From a virus (taxonomy: Duplodnaviria; Caudoviricetes), in IMG/VR virus record IMGVR_UViG_3300009433_000054, positions 1 through 24,045 of that record: a DNA stretch of 24,045 nt; one strand, written 5' to 3'. The notes under the pieces were generated by a model that was given only the letters and a program-made list of their open reading frames with translations, was not told where the DNA came from and searched no databases. This document shows positions 15,933 through 24,045 of this stretch, piece by piece (position 1 is the first letter of the stretch; the number at the start of each line of letters is the position of its first letter). The position numbers were made by a program, and so were the translations under genes.

Positions 15933-17040
15933 CTCTTACAGCGCTTCTAGTATTCTCGCAGACCCAAGTGGCACAGTCGCAGGCAAGGATATAATCTTTA
16001 CTACACCAGATAGAATGGCTCAATCTATTAATTATAGTTTTGCCGCTGGTGGCTGTCATAATGTTTTAAGTCAAGCTTATGCTGATGCTGTATTTGTTCA
16101 AGACTCGACTAGTTTTGTAGAGATGAGCCAATGGCGCATCCCCTTAGTATCTCTTGAGCATACTGAGCTTGAGGTCGTAATCAACTATAAACTAGATGGA
16201 GTGTCAACGGCTTGCAATGCAAAGCTGACTCTAGATGTCGGTGCTAGCTCTTCAAGCGTGACTATCAATTTACCGACATCCACTAATAACATAGTTAATG
16301 ATTCAATTAATTTAACAATGCCAGCTAGTAATGAGTATTATGGAACTTTAACTATAGAGATTCAAGCTGATAGTACGACCGCAGAAGTACAAGTCTTTAG
16401 TCTAATGGCATCCTGGAAGCGTATAAATAGCCCAATTTCAGCAGGTCAAAAGAATCAGTATTTAACGACTGAAAAGTTTAGGCCATTTGGCACTGTTAGG
16501 ACTAACGCCAATAACGCTTTAACTTCAAGATTCGCTCATAACATGATTGATGATATTGCAATCTTAAGAACCAGATACAAGTCTTATCTAACTTGGTCAG
16601 GTGTTTATGCTCCATCCTCTAGCAGTTCATTAACTGATGCCGCAGCTAGTGCGGTCTATTTAGGGACTGGTGATATTGATAATCTTGTAGGGTTCCCTAT
16701 GCTTCCCAATGGATGGGAGGAGCTCACAGGTAACAAGCTAGAGTTACATGTTAGAGCAATTGGGGATGTTACTTTTGATTTCATGGGCAATGAGATTGTT
16801 ATAGATCAAGCGACTAGCTTAACTGTCGGCTGGTCCATCTTTACACTAGAGATAGATAATGCAGACATATCAAATATAGGTGCCTTAAATTTACCCTATT
16901 ATCAAGCGACAGTAGACAACACTTCACAGAACTATGATAATCTAGCTGGATATCTACCATCTCCATTTACGACTAGGTTCCCGGTGGTTAACAGTGGGAA
17001 TAGTGGAGCTATCTTATCACTAACATTGATGGGGGTTTAA
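15925..17040 (+). CDS. Putative tail tip/virion structural protein
   Basis: 371 aa, Ser/Thr/Asn-rich and beta-rich; overlaps the previous gene; SD GGAG. Confidence 0.5.
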   Translation: MSNSYSASSILADPSGTVAGKDIIFTTPDRMAQSINYSFAAGGCHNVLSQAYADAVFVQDSTSFVEMSQWRIPLVSLEHTELEVVINYKLDGVSTACNAKLTLDVGASSSSVTINLPTSTNNIVNDSINLTMPASNEYYGTLTIEIQADSTTAEVQVFSLMASWKRINSPISAGQKNQYLTTEKFRPFGTVRTNANNALTSRFAHNMIDDIAILRTRYKSYLTWSGVYAPSSSSSLTDAAASAVYLGTGDIDNLVGFPMLPNGWEELTGNKLELHVRAIGDVTFDFMGNEIVIDQATSLTVGWSIFTLEIDNADISNIGALNLPYYQATVDNTSQNYDNLAGYLPSPFTTRFPVVNSGNSGAILSLTLMGV

Positions 17041-17041
17041 T

Positions 17042-17758
17042 ATGTTGATACAGACAGCTTATAACCTACTTCCGAATAAGAAGTCCTGTAATAATGGAGC
17101 TGTATTATTTGGGGCTTCAGTTTCGTCTATGTCGATGGCATTATCTCAGTTAAGCCATGTTAAGATGTTGGGACATGCAAATTACGACATAATGCGTTCA
17201 TGTTATAATTCTTTCTTATTTGCTGATGGCGGTCCAGGTCAAATAAATACTAGGATTAGCTCTTCAGTAGGTGGCATATTTAAAGGCTATACTGAGTCTC
17301 ATAAGTTAATGTATCAATCCACCTTATTGTCAAAATGGTTGTGTATATTGGTAGGATATGAAAGCGGCGCCAATAGCCAGGACTCAGCTTCTCCAGCTTA
17401 CTCTCCACAAATCGATATTAAGTTGAACTTATTACATGACTCCGGGTCAGGTTATACTGATGTAGGTACTTTTGACGAAGGCATAAGATTAGACTCTGTT
17501 GATGCTTTGCGTCAATCCTCTTATGTCAGTAGCGATTTTTCTGGTCAGTTTGTAGCTAGTAGTGGCATTACGATACCGAGTTCTATTCCTGCTAATGTAA
17601 GCCCAGTGCCTCCGAGACCGTTATATATTCCAGAAAGCAAAGTATTAGGATCAACTCTATACACTGTAAGAGGTGGAATGATTAGTATTGTTGTATCTTG
17701 TCTAGAATGTAAACTAAGGTCACTAACAGTGTTTGATATCTATGAGGCTGACTTATGA
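17042..17758 (+). CDS. Putative tail tip/virion structural protein
   Basis: 238 aa, tightly packed within the tail module; no motif recognised. Confidence 0.45.
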   Translation: MLIQTAYNLLPNKKSCNNGAVLFGASVSSMSMALSQLSHVKMLGHANYDIMRSCYNSFLFADGGPGQINTRISSSVGGIFKGYTESHKLMYQSTLLSKWLCILVGYESGANSQDSASPAYSPQIDIKLNLLHDSGSGYTDVGTFDEGIRLDSVDALRQSSYVSSDFSGQFVASSGITIPSSIPANVSPVPPRPLYIPESKVLGSTLYTVRGGMISIVVSCLECKLRSLTVFDIYEADL

Positions 17759-20700
17759 TTATGAATAATAACGGCCGTCGTGTATTCGCATTACAAGTCG
17801 CAGGACTATCAACTAGATATCATTCAATAATTCCCCCATCATCTTCTAATCTATCCTCTAATATTGCGACGTCAATAAGTTATTCTGATGTACAAGGGAT
17901 TGTTACAGTCGGAGCATTTACTAGCAACATTGATCCGAGCGGCGGAATATCTTCTCACTCCCCCCTGTCTATTGAGTTATCTATCTTAAAAGATGGATCA
18001 AGCCAGGATCCTGGTGTAATATTTGGCAGAGTAGGCAAAAGGTCGAGCAGTGTTACACAGACTAATCTAGATGAAAACATTAACTTTGATTCTTTACCTT
18101 TAACTATAGATATAGATAAAGACTTGAGTGCCTTATCAGTGCCTCGCTTAATGCATGTAGGAAGCGAGACCTTTAGAGTTAATGCTTTTACATCTTCATC
18201 AATGACAATAGATGAGCGAGCCTTAGGAGGTACACAATACCAAAGCCATGATATTGGCTTACAAGGGTCATCAGTCCCGATTGCTTCTACTGAGATAACT
18301 ACTTTTAGGGGTCGTAGATGTAAGCTATATATTGCACATCAAGACATGGGGGGGAATGTATCGGATTATGTAGAGATCATAAATGGATTCATTGAGTCTT
18401 CTCCCTATGTTGAAGGTGGAGAAACTGTATCATTATCAATCCTTCCCTTAGTCAGCTTGCTAGATTCTGAGCTTGCAGATCAGAAACAGGGAAAGACTTT
18501 TCTTTTGCAAGGAAAACACTATTTCGGAAATAGATCTAATATCTTTGAATTCGGAAGCGCATTCCGTAATCCATATCAATTAACTTTAAAGAATGCCGTT
18601 GCTACATCAGCCACAACCACGACGATTGACGTTAGCTTTCCAGTAATACCTTTACAGAATATCTTTGATACTAGCTTGCCTAACGGCGTCGGTAATGATG
18701 TGCCTTGGTTCCATCCTCGCTATCCGTTTATGATTGGGTCTAATCATGCCCATCTACTTTTTCCTATATCTTTGTCAACGGTATCAAGTCGCCCTCAAAT
18801 TGTTATAGACCATAGTGTTAGCGGCGCCACTTCCCAAACCGCCATAGTCAATGCAGTAAATACTCCGATTGATGAGGCTGGGTATCCTGCTTATGTACCG
18901 AAGCGCGGGGAAATAAAAAGAATTACATTAGCGACCAATGCATTAAAAGATTGGCCTCACATAATTAATGAGCAGGTCAATGCTTCAATAACAACACATA
19001 CAGGAGTTAACGGTGCTTTCTCTGCTGTCAATGTACACTCTGATAGATTAAGGGGCATACCTTTTGCTGATCAAAGAGGATTTAGGCCGTCGCATGATGG
19101 GGTTATACATTTATGGTACTCTTCTGAGTGGTATAAGAACTCCCCAAACTATGGCTATCAATACTGGAGCAGTGCAAGGATTGGAGATGGTCGAAAGCTG
19201 CCCAATAAGAGAAGAGTGTTTTACCCTTTGGACTTCTGGAATGATGGTAGTAAACCTAACTACGCTGGCACATCTAGACTAGTAAAAGCTTTAGACTTTT
19301 CAAATGAAAGAAGGACCTCTATAGAAGAGCCGATGAATACAGCTCTTGCTTACTTTCAATCAAACGAAAAAGTAATACTAGTATCTAGCTCCTTGGGACT
19401 ACCATCCATCGATAATGGCGAGAAATTTGGGGTTCAGGTAGAAACGTATGATTACTTTAATGATCGTATTAAAACGCTTTACTTTGAGGCAAGTCATGAG
19501 ACAGCAATAACTGGCGGGATATTAATCCATCTCACATCTAACAGGGAAAACAATAGACAGGGCCACTTTGGAGACTGGAGAAATCAAGAAAGGACAAAGA
19601 TCTCTAGAGGGATCTTAACTCTTTACTCGTCGCCAGGCGAAATCATGCTTAAGATTTTGCAAAGTGGGGGGGGTGGTAATAATGGAACTTATGACACCTT
19701 AGGAAGTGGTCTATCAATCCATGAAGACAATATTGATATTGACTCTTTTCTGAGTAACGGAACGACTAACATAAGCGCATTGAATCGTGGCTTTAGTACT
19801 GATGACTTCAATCCAAGGGACTTCTTTGACTCATTGCTAAAGTCGCTTGGTTGTATCTTAATAATGAAACGCTCTAGTACTGGGATAAGTAAACTAACAT
19901 TGCAGCCTCTAGCAACTGAGAGAAGCGACTTTTCAAGTACTACAATAAACCAAGGGGATTGGTTAGCAGATACTCCTCCGACTTGGTCAATCTATGAAGA
20001 TATAGTCACACAAATAGAGATTAAGTATCAATGGGATAATGATACAAATGAATTCTTAGAGAATGTTATTTTTAATAATCAAGACGCTATCAATCGTTAT
20101 GGTGGAGAGAAGTCAAAAGTATCTATTGAATTGTACGGACTTGAGTCGATGGATGTAGGTAGCGGCACAGGTGATGTCTATAACTTCTTACTGCCGATTG
20201 CTTCTAGAATATTTAATACACTTAGTAATCCTATGAGGCTTTGGAAAGGATCGATAGGGACCGGCCCAAGTATCTATTTAGATGTTGGATCTTATGTAAC
20301 TTGTAGCTCCCCACACTTAAAAAGTCTTAGCGATTCTTATGGAATTACGGATCAAGTTGGAATGATTAAATCTATTCATCAAGAGTTAATGTCTGAAGGA
20401 TGCGAGCTAGAGATCATTCATACCGGAATAAATGTAGTAAATTGGAATAGTACTCTGGAGGTTACAGGTGTTCCGGCGGCTAATCAGTTGATAGTTGCAT
20501 TTACAACATATAGCGATAATGACGCGCCATTCTTTAATGTTAATGATGTACTTGATTTCCTTCCCCACGGTGACGAAGATAATAGTACAAACGGCTTAGT
20601 CATACAGAGTATATCGATGGGCACTAATACGATAACGTTTACAGCTAATCATGGCATTACTCCCGGTACTAATATCGGAACGCTTGAGCCTACGACTTTT

Positions 20701-20793
20701 ATAAACGCTACAGCATCTCATACCAAAGATGCTTATCTTGCAAATGCTTCTAGCATTCTAGGAGTATCTACTGAAGCTCAGGAGTACGCATGA
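17755..20793 (+). CDS. Large tail tip/baseplate hub-like protein
   Basis: 1012 aa; patterns FRGRRCKLYI...INGFIESSP, IVTQIEIKY, DAINRYG and YLDVGSYV are typical of hub/central tail proteins; large aromatic-rich internal region. Confidence 0.65.
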   Translation: MIMNNNGRRVFALQVAGLSTRYHSIIPPSSSNLSSNIATSISYSDVQGIVTVGAFTSNIDPSGGISSHSPLSIELSILKDGSSQDPGVIFGRVGKRSSSVTQTNLDENINFDSLPLTIDIDKDLSALSVPRLMHVGSETFRVNAFTSSSMTIDERALGGTQYQSHDIGLQGSSVPIASTEITTFRGRRCKLYIAHQDMGGNVSDYVEIINGFIESSPYVEGGETVSLSILPLVSLLDSELADQKQGKTFLLQGKHYFGNRSNIFEFGSAFRNPYQLTLKNAVATSATTTTIDVSFPVIPLQNIFDTSLPNGVGNDVPWFHPRYPFMIGSNHAHLLFPISLSTVSSRPQIVIDHSVSGATSQTAIVNAVNTPIDEAGYPAYVPKRGEIKRITLATNALKDWPHIINEQVNASITTHTGVNGAFSAVNVHSDRLRGIPFADQRGFRPSHDGVIHLWYSSEWYKNSPNYGYQYWSSARIGDGRKLPNKRRVFYPLDFWNDGSKPNYAGTSRLVKALDFSNERRTSIEEPMNTALAYFQSNEKVILVSSSLGLPSIDNGEKFGVQVETYDYFNDRIKTLYFEASHETAITGGILIHLTSNRENNRQGHFGDWRNQERTKISRGILTLYSSPGEIMLKILQSGGGGNNGTYDTLGSGLSIHEDNIDIDSFLSNGTTNISALNRGFSTDDFNPRDFFDSLLKSLGCILIMKRSSTGISKLTLQPLATERSDFSSTTINQGDWLADTPPTWSIYEDIVTQIEIKYQWDNDTNEFLENVIFNNQDAINRYGGEKSKVSIELYGLESMDVGSGTGDVYNFLLPIASRIFNTLSNPMRLWKGSIGTGPSIYLDVGSYVTCSSPHLKSLSDSYGITDQVGMIKSIHQELMSEGCELEIIHTGINVVNWNSTLEVTGVPAANQLIVAFTTYSDNDAPFFNVNDVLDFLPHGDEDNSTNGLVIQSISMGTNTITFTANHGITPGTNIGTLEPTTFINATASHTKDAYLANASSILGVSTEAQEYA

Positions 20794-21461
20794 GAATAAC
20801 AAAGAATGAATTAATTGATAAGCTCAAAAAGCAAGAAGATGACTTAAGACGTTTAAGGAGATCTCTGGCGATGAGTGAGATTGATCTACCTGCTAGAGAG
20901 TTTATCAATCCATCATCTAACGAGACCACAGTAAGCGAGCATAGTAGAGAAGCATTACAGAGAGGTTTTACTGAATGGGATAATAATGTCACAGAGCCCG
21001 AGTATAATGGAGACTGGCAACGAATCAACACATACATTAAAGGAGCTGATGGAATCGGCTGGACTTGGGAAAGTGACTATGTAAGAAATGGTCAATTTGC
21101 ATGGTGTGGAGCTTTCGCTGCTTTCTGTTATACAAAGATTAGATCAAAGATTAGATCAAAGATCTTTCCGTCATGTTATAGACTTTGGGACAATTGGGGA
21201 GGGACTCATAGAAAAGTATCTAACATAAATCCAGGTGACATCATTGTAGTATATACTTCTACTTCTCACAGTCCGTCCTATGGTAATCATATAACGATTG
21301 CATGTAGTTATCTATTAGATGACGGTGACTTTGAGACTATAGAGGGTAACGCCAAAGGCCCAGGTCCAAATGGAAAAATAGAGGGCGTTATTAGAAGAAA
21401 AAGAAATATTAAAGATGTTGCACATATCTATAGACCATCAAGTGAGGATTATGATGAGTAA
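20790..21461 (+). CDS. CHAP-family cysteine peptidase (probable endolysin) with an N-terminal coiled coil
   Basis: AWCGAFAAFCY (catalytic Cys), PGDIIV, GNHITI (His) and FETIEGN; adjacent to a holin-like gene. Confidence 0.8.
   Translation: MRITKNELIDKLKKQEDDLRRLRRSLAMSEIDLPAREFINPSSNETTVSEHSREALQRGFTEWDNNVTEPEYNGDWQRINTYIKGADGIGWTWESDYVRNGQFAWCGAFAAFCYTKIRSKIRSKIFPSCYRLWDNWGGTHRKVSNINPGDIIVVYTSTSHSPSYGNHITIACSYLLDDGDFETIEGNAKGPGPNGKIEGVIRRKRNIKDVAHIYRPSSEDYDE
21133..21163 (+). repeat. Perfect 12-nt tandem repeat (about 2.6 copies, KIRS KIRS KI)
   Basis: caaagattagat caaagattagat caaagat. Confidence 0.85.
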
Positions 21462-21645
21462 ATTAATTAAGAGCCTCGGAGGTCGCAAGTCAGCAATGTT
21501 TTTAATCACCTTAATCACAGTGTGCTTATTATGTTTTTTTAATAAAGCATCTACTGAAGTCCTTGGACTCATTGACACATTATATCTAGTTTATGCTGGC
21601 TCTAATGTAGCAGCTAAAAAGAAAGAGAGTAAAACGAATGAGTAA
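21454..21645 (+). CDS. Probable holin (63 aa, two hydrophobic segments)
   Basis: SD GAGGA (21444-21448); GRK motif followed by MFLITLITVCLLCFF and VLGLIDTLYLVYAGSNVA; charged C-terminal tail. Confidence 0.7.
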   Translation: MSKLIKSLGGRKSAMFLITLITVCLLCFFNKASTEVLGLIDTLYLVYAGSNVAAKKKESKTNE

Positions 21646-22027
21646 TAAATTAAGTGTACAAAATCCTATTTCAGCAGGTCAAATCATTGGAGCATATAAC
21701 GCCTCAGGTGTCAGCGATACAGATTGGCACTCTTTGACAAGTGCTGACTTCTATGACCCGACGTTGGGAACTCAGCTTGATGCATCTTTAAAGTTTGCAT
21801 ATCTCGGAGCTGTATCATCAAATACAACGACAGTCTCTTATGTTAAATTAAGAGCGGCGGCCGGTGCTGGTGATGGTGTCACTAATAGCGATGGAGTGAT
21901 CCCCTTACTCTCATCATATTCAGTTGATAGTCAAGCCCTCGCATCTTCTAACATCACTAGCATTGCATACAAGAAAGCTGACTCATCAGATTCTTTTGTT
22001 GTGTACTGTGGATTTAATAGAGGTTAA
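21638..22027 (+). CDS. Small putative virion protein (possible fibre adaptor)
   Basis: 129 aa, Ser/Ala/Gly-rich beta pattern, directly upstream of the fibre gene. Confidence 0.5.
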   Translation: MSNKLSVQNPISAGQIIGAYNASGVSDTDWHSLTSADFYDPTLGTQLDASLKFAYLGAVSSNTTTVSYVKLRAAAGAGDGVTNSDGVIPLLSSYSVDSQALASSNITSIAYKKADSSDSFVVYCGFNRG

Positions 22028-22029
22028 TT

Positions 22030-24045
22030 ATGAGTATTAAATTCGAATCATTCAAAGGAACGGGCGGCGGTGCTGTTACTGGTGGACTTGTTTATAAAGG
22101 TTCATACAATGCAACCACATCAAGCCCTTCCTTAGTCACAGCAAAAAAAGGTGACTTCTATATTGTATCAGTCGCCGGCACGTTGGCAGGTATTACATTA
22201 AATGTCGGTGATCACATTGTGTTCAATCAAGATGCTGCTAATCCTGTAACATCTGCCATGTTTGATACAATTGATAATACGGATGCAGTCGCAAGCGTCA
22301 ACAGTCAAACAGGTGTTGTAGTTTTAAACGCTGCTAATGTTGGAGCTTTAGCAATAACATCAAATCTAGGTGATCTTAATAATGCAGTGACAGCAAGAAC
22401 AAATCTTGGACTTGGCACAGCGGCAGTCAAAGACCACGGAACGACGAACGGTGATCTTGTCTTACTCGATGCCGTTGGACTTCCTGCCGTTGATGGTTCT
22501 CAACTTACAGGGATCACAGCGACTGACAATACTAAGCTAGCCATATTAAATAATTTAAGTGATTTGACAAGTGCTACTTCAGGACGATTAAATCTTGGTC
22601 TTGGTACTGCCGCAGTCAAAGACCATGGAACGACGAATGGTGATCTTGTTCTTCTTGATGCCGTTGGGCTTCCTGCTGTCGATGGGTCTCAGCTAACAGG
22701 TGTTACAGGAACGGACGCAACGAAGCTCGCTATTGCTAATAACTTAAGCGATCTGAACAATGCAGGCACAGCGAGAACAAATCTTGGACTTGGAACAGCG
22801 GCAGTCAAAGACCACGGAACGACGAACGGTGATCTTGTCTTACTCGACGCGACTGGTCTTCCTGCTGTAGATGGTTCTCAGCTAACAGGGGTCACAGCGA
22901 CAGACTCTAGTAAACTAGCTATTGCTAATAATCTAAGTGATCTTAATAATGCAACAACGGCAAGAGCAAATCTTGGTCTTGGTACAAGTGCGACGCTTGA
23001 TGTCGGAACTAGTGCGAATAATGTCATTCAACTTGATGGATCATCTCGACTTCCTGCTGTAGATGGTTCTCAGCTGACTAATCTTCCAAGTGGAGCAAGT
23101 GAAACTCTTCAGCAAGTGACAGACAACGGAGCGACAACAACAACAAATATCTCAGTTGCTCAAGTGACAATGGGTGGAGATCTTCTTGCTGATGGTAATC
23201 AAACGCGTACAATCGCAAGTGAAACAAATCGCTTTATCACTGCTCATAGTGATCTCAATGGAGCAGTTCGATTCAAAGCAAAAGCTGGTGTTGCACTGAG
23301 CAAAGGGGACGTCGTTTATATCTCAGGCGTGTCGGGTGGAGTTCCGACGGTTGCAAAAGCTCAAGCTAATAGTGCTTCGACAATGCCAGCCTTCGGTCTT
23401 TGTCATGCTGCTGCTTCTCTTAATGCAGAAGTTCAGATTGTATCATTTGGTAATCTTGAGGGATTGAACACTGCATCATTGGCAGTCGGTGATACATTAT
23501 TTATCAGCTCTACAACTGCGGGCACTGTGACGAATACTGCTCCAACTGGTGAAGCAAACTTTATTCAAAATATTGGCAGAGTCGTCAAAATTGATGCTGT
23601 TGGAAATAGTGGTATATATAAAATAGGTGGTGCAGGTCGTACGAATGCAACGCCAAATCTTGATACTGATAAAATATTTTTAGGTAATGGATCGAATCAA
23701 GCTGTTTCAACTGCTTTAAGTGCAATAACTTTATCATCATTCAATAATGATTTGACGACTAATATTGTACTGGATACCACTCCTCAATTGGGTGGTTCTC
23801 TTGATGTCAATGGTCAAGACATTGTAAGCGTATCGAACGGTGCGATTGAACTCGCTCCTAATGGGACTGGCAAAGTCACAATCAAAGGAAATGCAACAAG
23901 TGGAAGCGGTCAAATCGTTTTAAACTGTGAGCAGAACTCGCACGGAATATCACTTAAAGGCCCTCCTCATTCGGCTGCTGCTTCTTATACTCTGACGTTC
24001 CCCAACACGGACGGCAATGCAGATCAAGTCTTGAAGAGTGATGGA
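22030..24045 (+). CDS. Fibre protein, 3'-partial (at least 672 aa; absent from the ORF track because it has no stop in the window)
   Basis: Open from ATG 22030 to the window end: MSIKFESFKGTGGGAVTGGLVYKGSYNATT...GDFYIVSVAGT, VASVNSQTGVVVL, four NNLSDL...ARTNLGLG...LPAVDGSQLT repeats, ETLQQVTDNGATT, a cement-like domain, DTTPQLGGSLDVNG and LNCEQNSHG...YTLTFPNTDGNADQVLKSDG. Confidence 0.88.
   Translation, partial: MSIKFESFKGTGGGAVTGGLVYKGSYNATTSSPSLVTAKKGDFYIVSVAGTLAGITLNVGDHIVFNQDAANPVTSAMFDTIDNTDAVASVNSQTGVVVLNAANVGALAITSNLGDLNNAVTARTNLGLGTAAVKDHGTTNGDLVLLDAVGLPAVDGSQLTGITATDNTKLAILNNLSDLTSATSGRLNLGLGTAAVKDHGTTNGDLVLLDAVGLPAVDGSQLTGVTGTDATKLAIANNLSDLNNAGTARTNLGLGTAAVKDHGTTNGDLVLLDATGLPAVDGSQLTGVTATDSSKLAIANNLSDLNNATTARANLGLGTSATLDVGTSANNVIQLDGSSRLPAVDGSQLTNLPSGASETLQQVTDNGATTTTNISVAQVTMGGDLLADGNQTRTIASETNRFITAHSDLNGAVRFKAKAGVALSKGDVVYISGVSGGVPTVAKAQANSASTMPAFGLCHAAASLNAEVQIVSFGNLEGLNTASLAVGDTLFISSTTAGTVTNTAPTGEANFIQNIGRVVKIDAVGNSGIYKIGGAGRTNATPNLDTDKIFLGNGSNQAVSTALSAITLSSFNNDLTTNIVLDTTPQLGGSLDVNGQDIVSVSNGAIELAPNGTGKVTIKGNATSGSGQIVLNCEQNSHGISLKGPPHSAAASYTLTFPNTDGNADQVLKSDG
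22348..23079 (+). repeat. Four 189-nt (63-aa) tandem repeats in the fibre shaft
   Basis: Units start at 22348, 22537, 22726 and 22915. Equivalent Asp codons fall at 22432, 22621, 22810 and 22999. The fourth unit is divergent. Confidence 0.92.

Noticed and set aside
3765-19282. Short alternative-frame + strand ORFs (3765-4004, 9532-9723, 10879-11076, 14419-14619, 19064-19282)
   Set aside because: Nested in other frames of structural genes, with no SD support and no recognisable motifs.
1172-21037. Minus-strand ORFs in the track (for example 1172-1375, 1527-1772, 5504-5818, 14368-14574, 15011-15427, 20768-21037)
   Set aside because: All lie opposite long, well-supported + strand genes. The poly-His/Thr and Ser-rich sequences are mirror images of GGT and acidic repeats.
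21451-21456. Lambda S-type holin/antiholin dual start
   Set aside because: The two ATGs are adjacent with no charged residue between them, and the first is only 2 nt from the SD.
22348-23079. CRISPR array or DGR template/variable repeat pair
   Set aside because: The repeats are in-frame 63-aa coding units without unique spacers. Differences are mostly synonymous rather than adenine-specific, and there is no reverse transcriptase in the window.
1-24045. tRNA, rRNA, integrase or att site
   Set aside because: The window is almost entirely coding and none was recognised, so lifestyle and host cannot be determined from it.

Overview
The window is the packaging, head, tail and lysis region of a tailed dsDNA phage or prophage (Caudoviricetes). 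It is AT-rich and densely coding, with all credible genes on the + strand in the standard genetic code. Gene order: terminase small subunit (5'-truncated); an inserted 369-aa ORF with a PD-(D/E)XK-like motif; terminase large subunit; a 55-aa ORF; a sigma70-type promoter; Mu gp29/DUF935-like portal; Mu gpI-like protease-scaffold with an extra basic N-terminal domain and a nested scaffold start; DUF2190-like decoration protein; major capsid; gp7/Mu F-like minor head protein; head-tail adaptor; Mu G/P2 S-like completion protein; probable tail terminator; tail tube; tail assembly chaperone with a -1 programmed frameshift; tape measure; four tail-tip genes; CHAP-type peptidase; holin; small virion protein; and a 3'-truncated, repeat-rich fibre gene missing from the ORF track. 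I recognise no tail sheath, so a siphovirus-like non-contractile tail is inferred. The most notable signals are a candidate antisense-RNA-controlled nuclease cassette between terS and terL, a Cys4-containing frameshift extension with a downstream stem-loop, a recurring L/M-S/A-E motif in head proteins, a canonical EF-hand loop in the adaptor, and a kinase-subdomain-XI-like mini-ORF. All family assignments come from recognising motifs by eye; no database searches were run.
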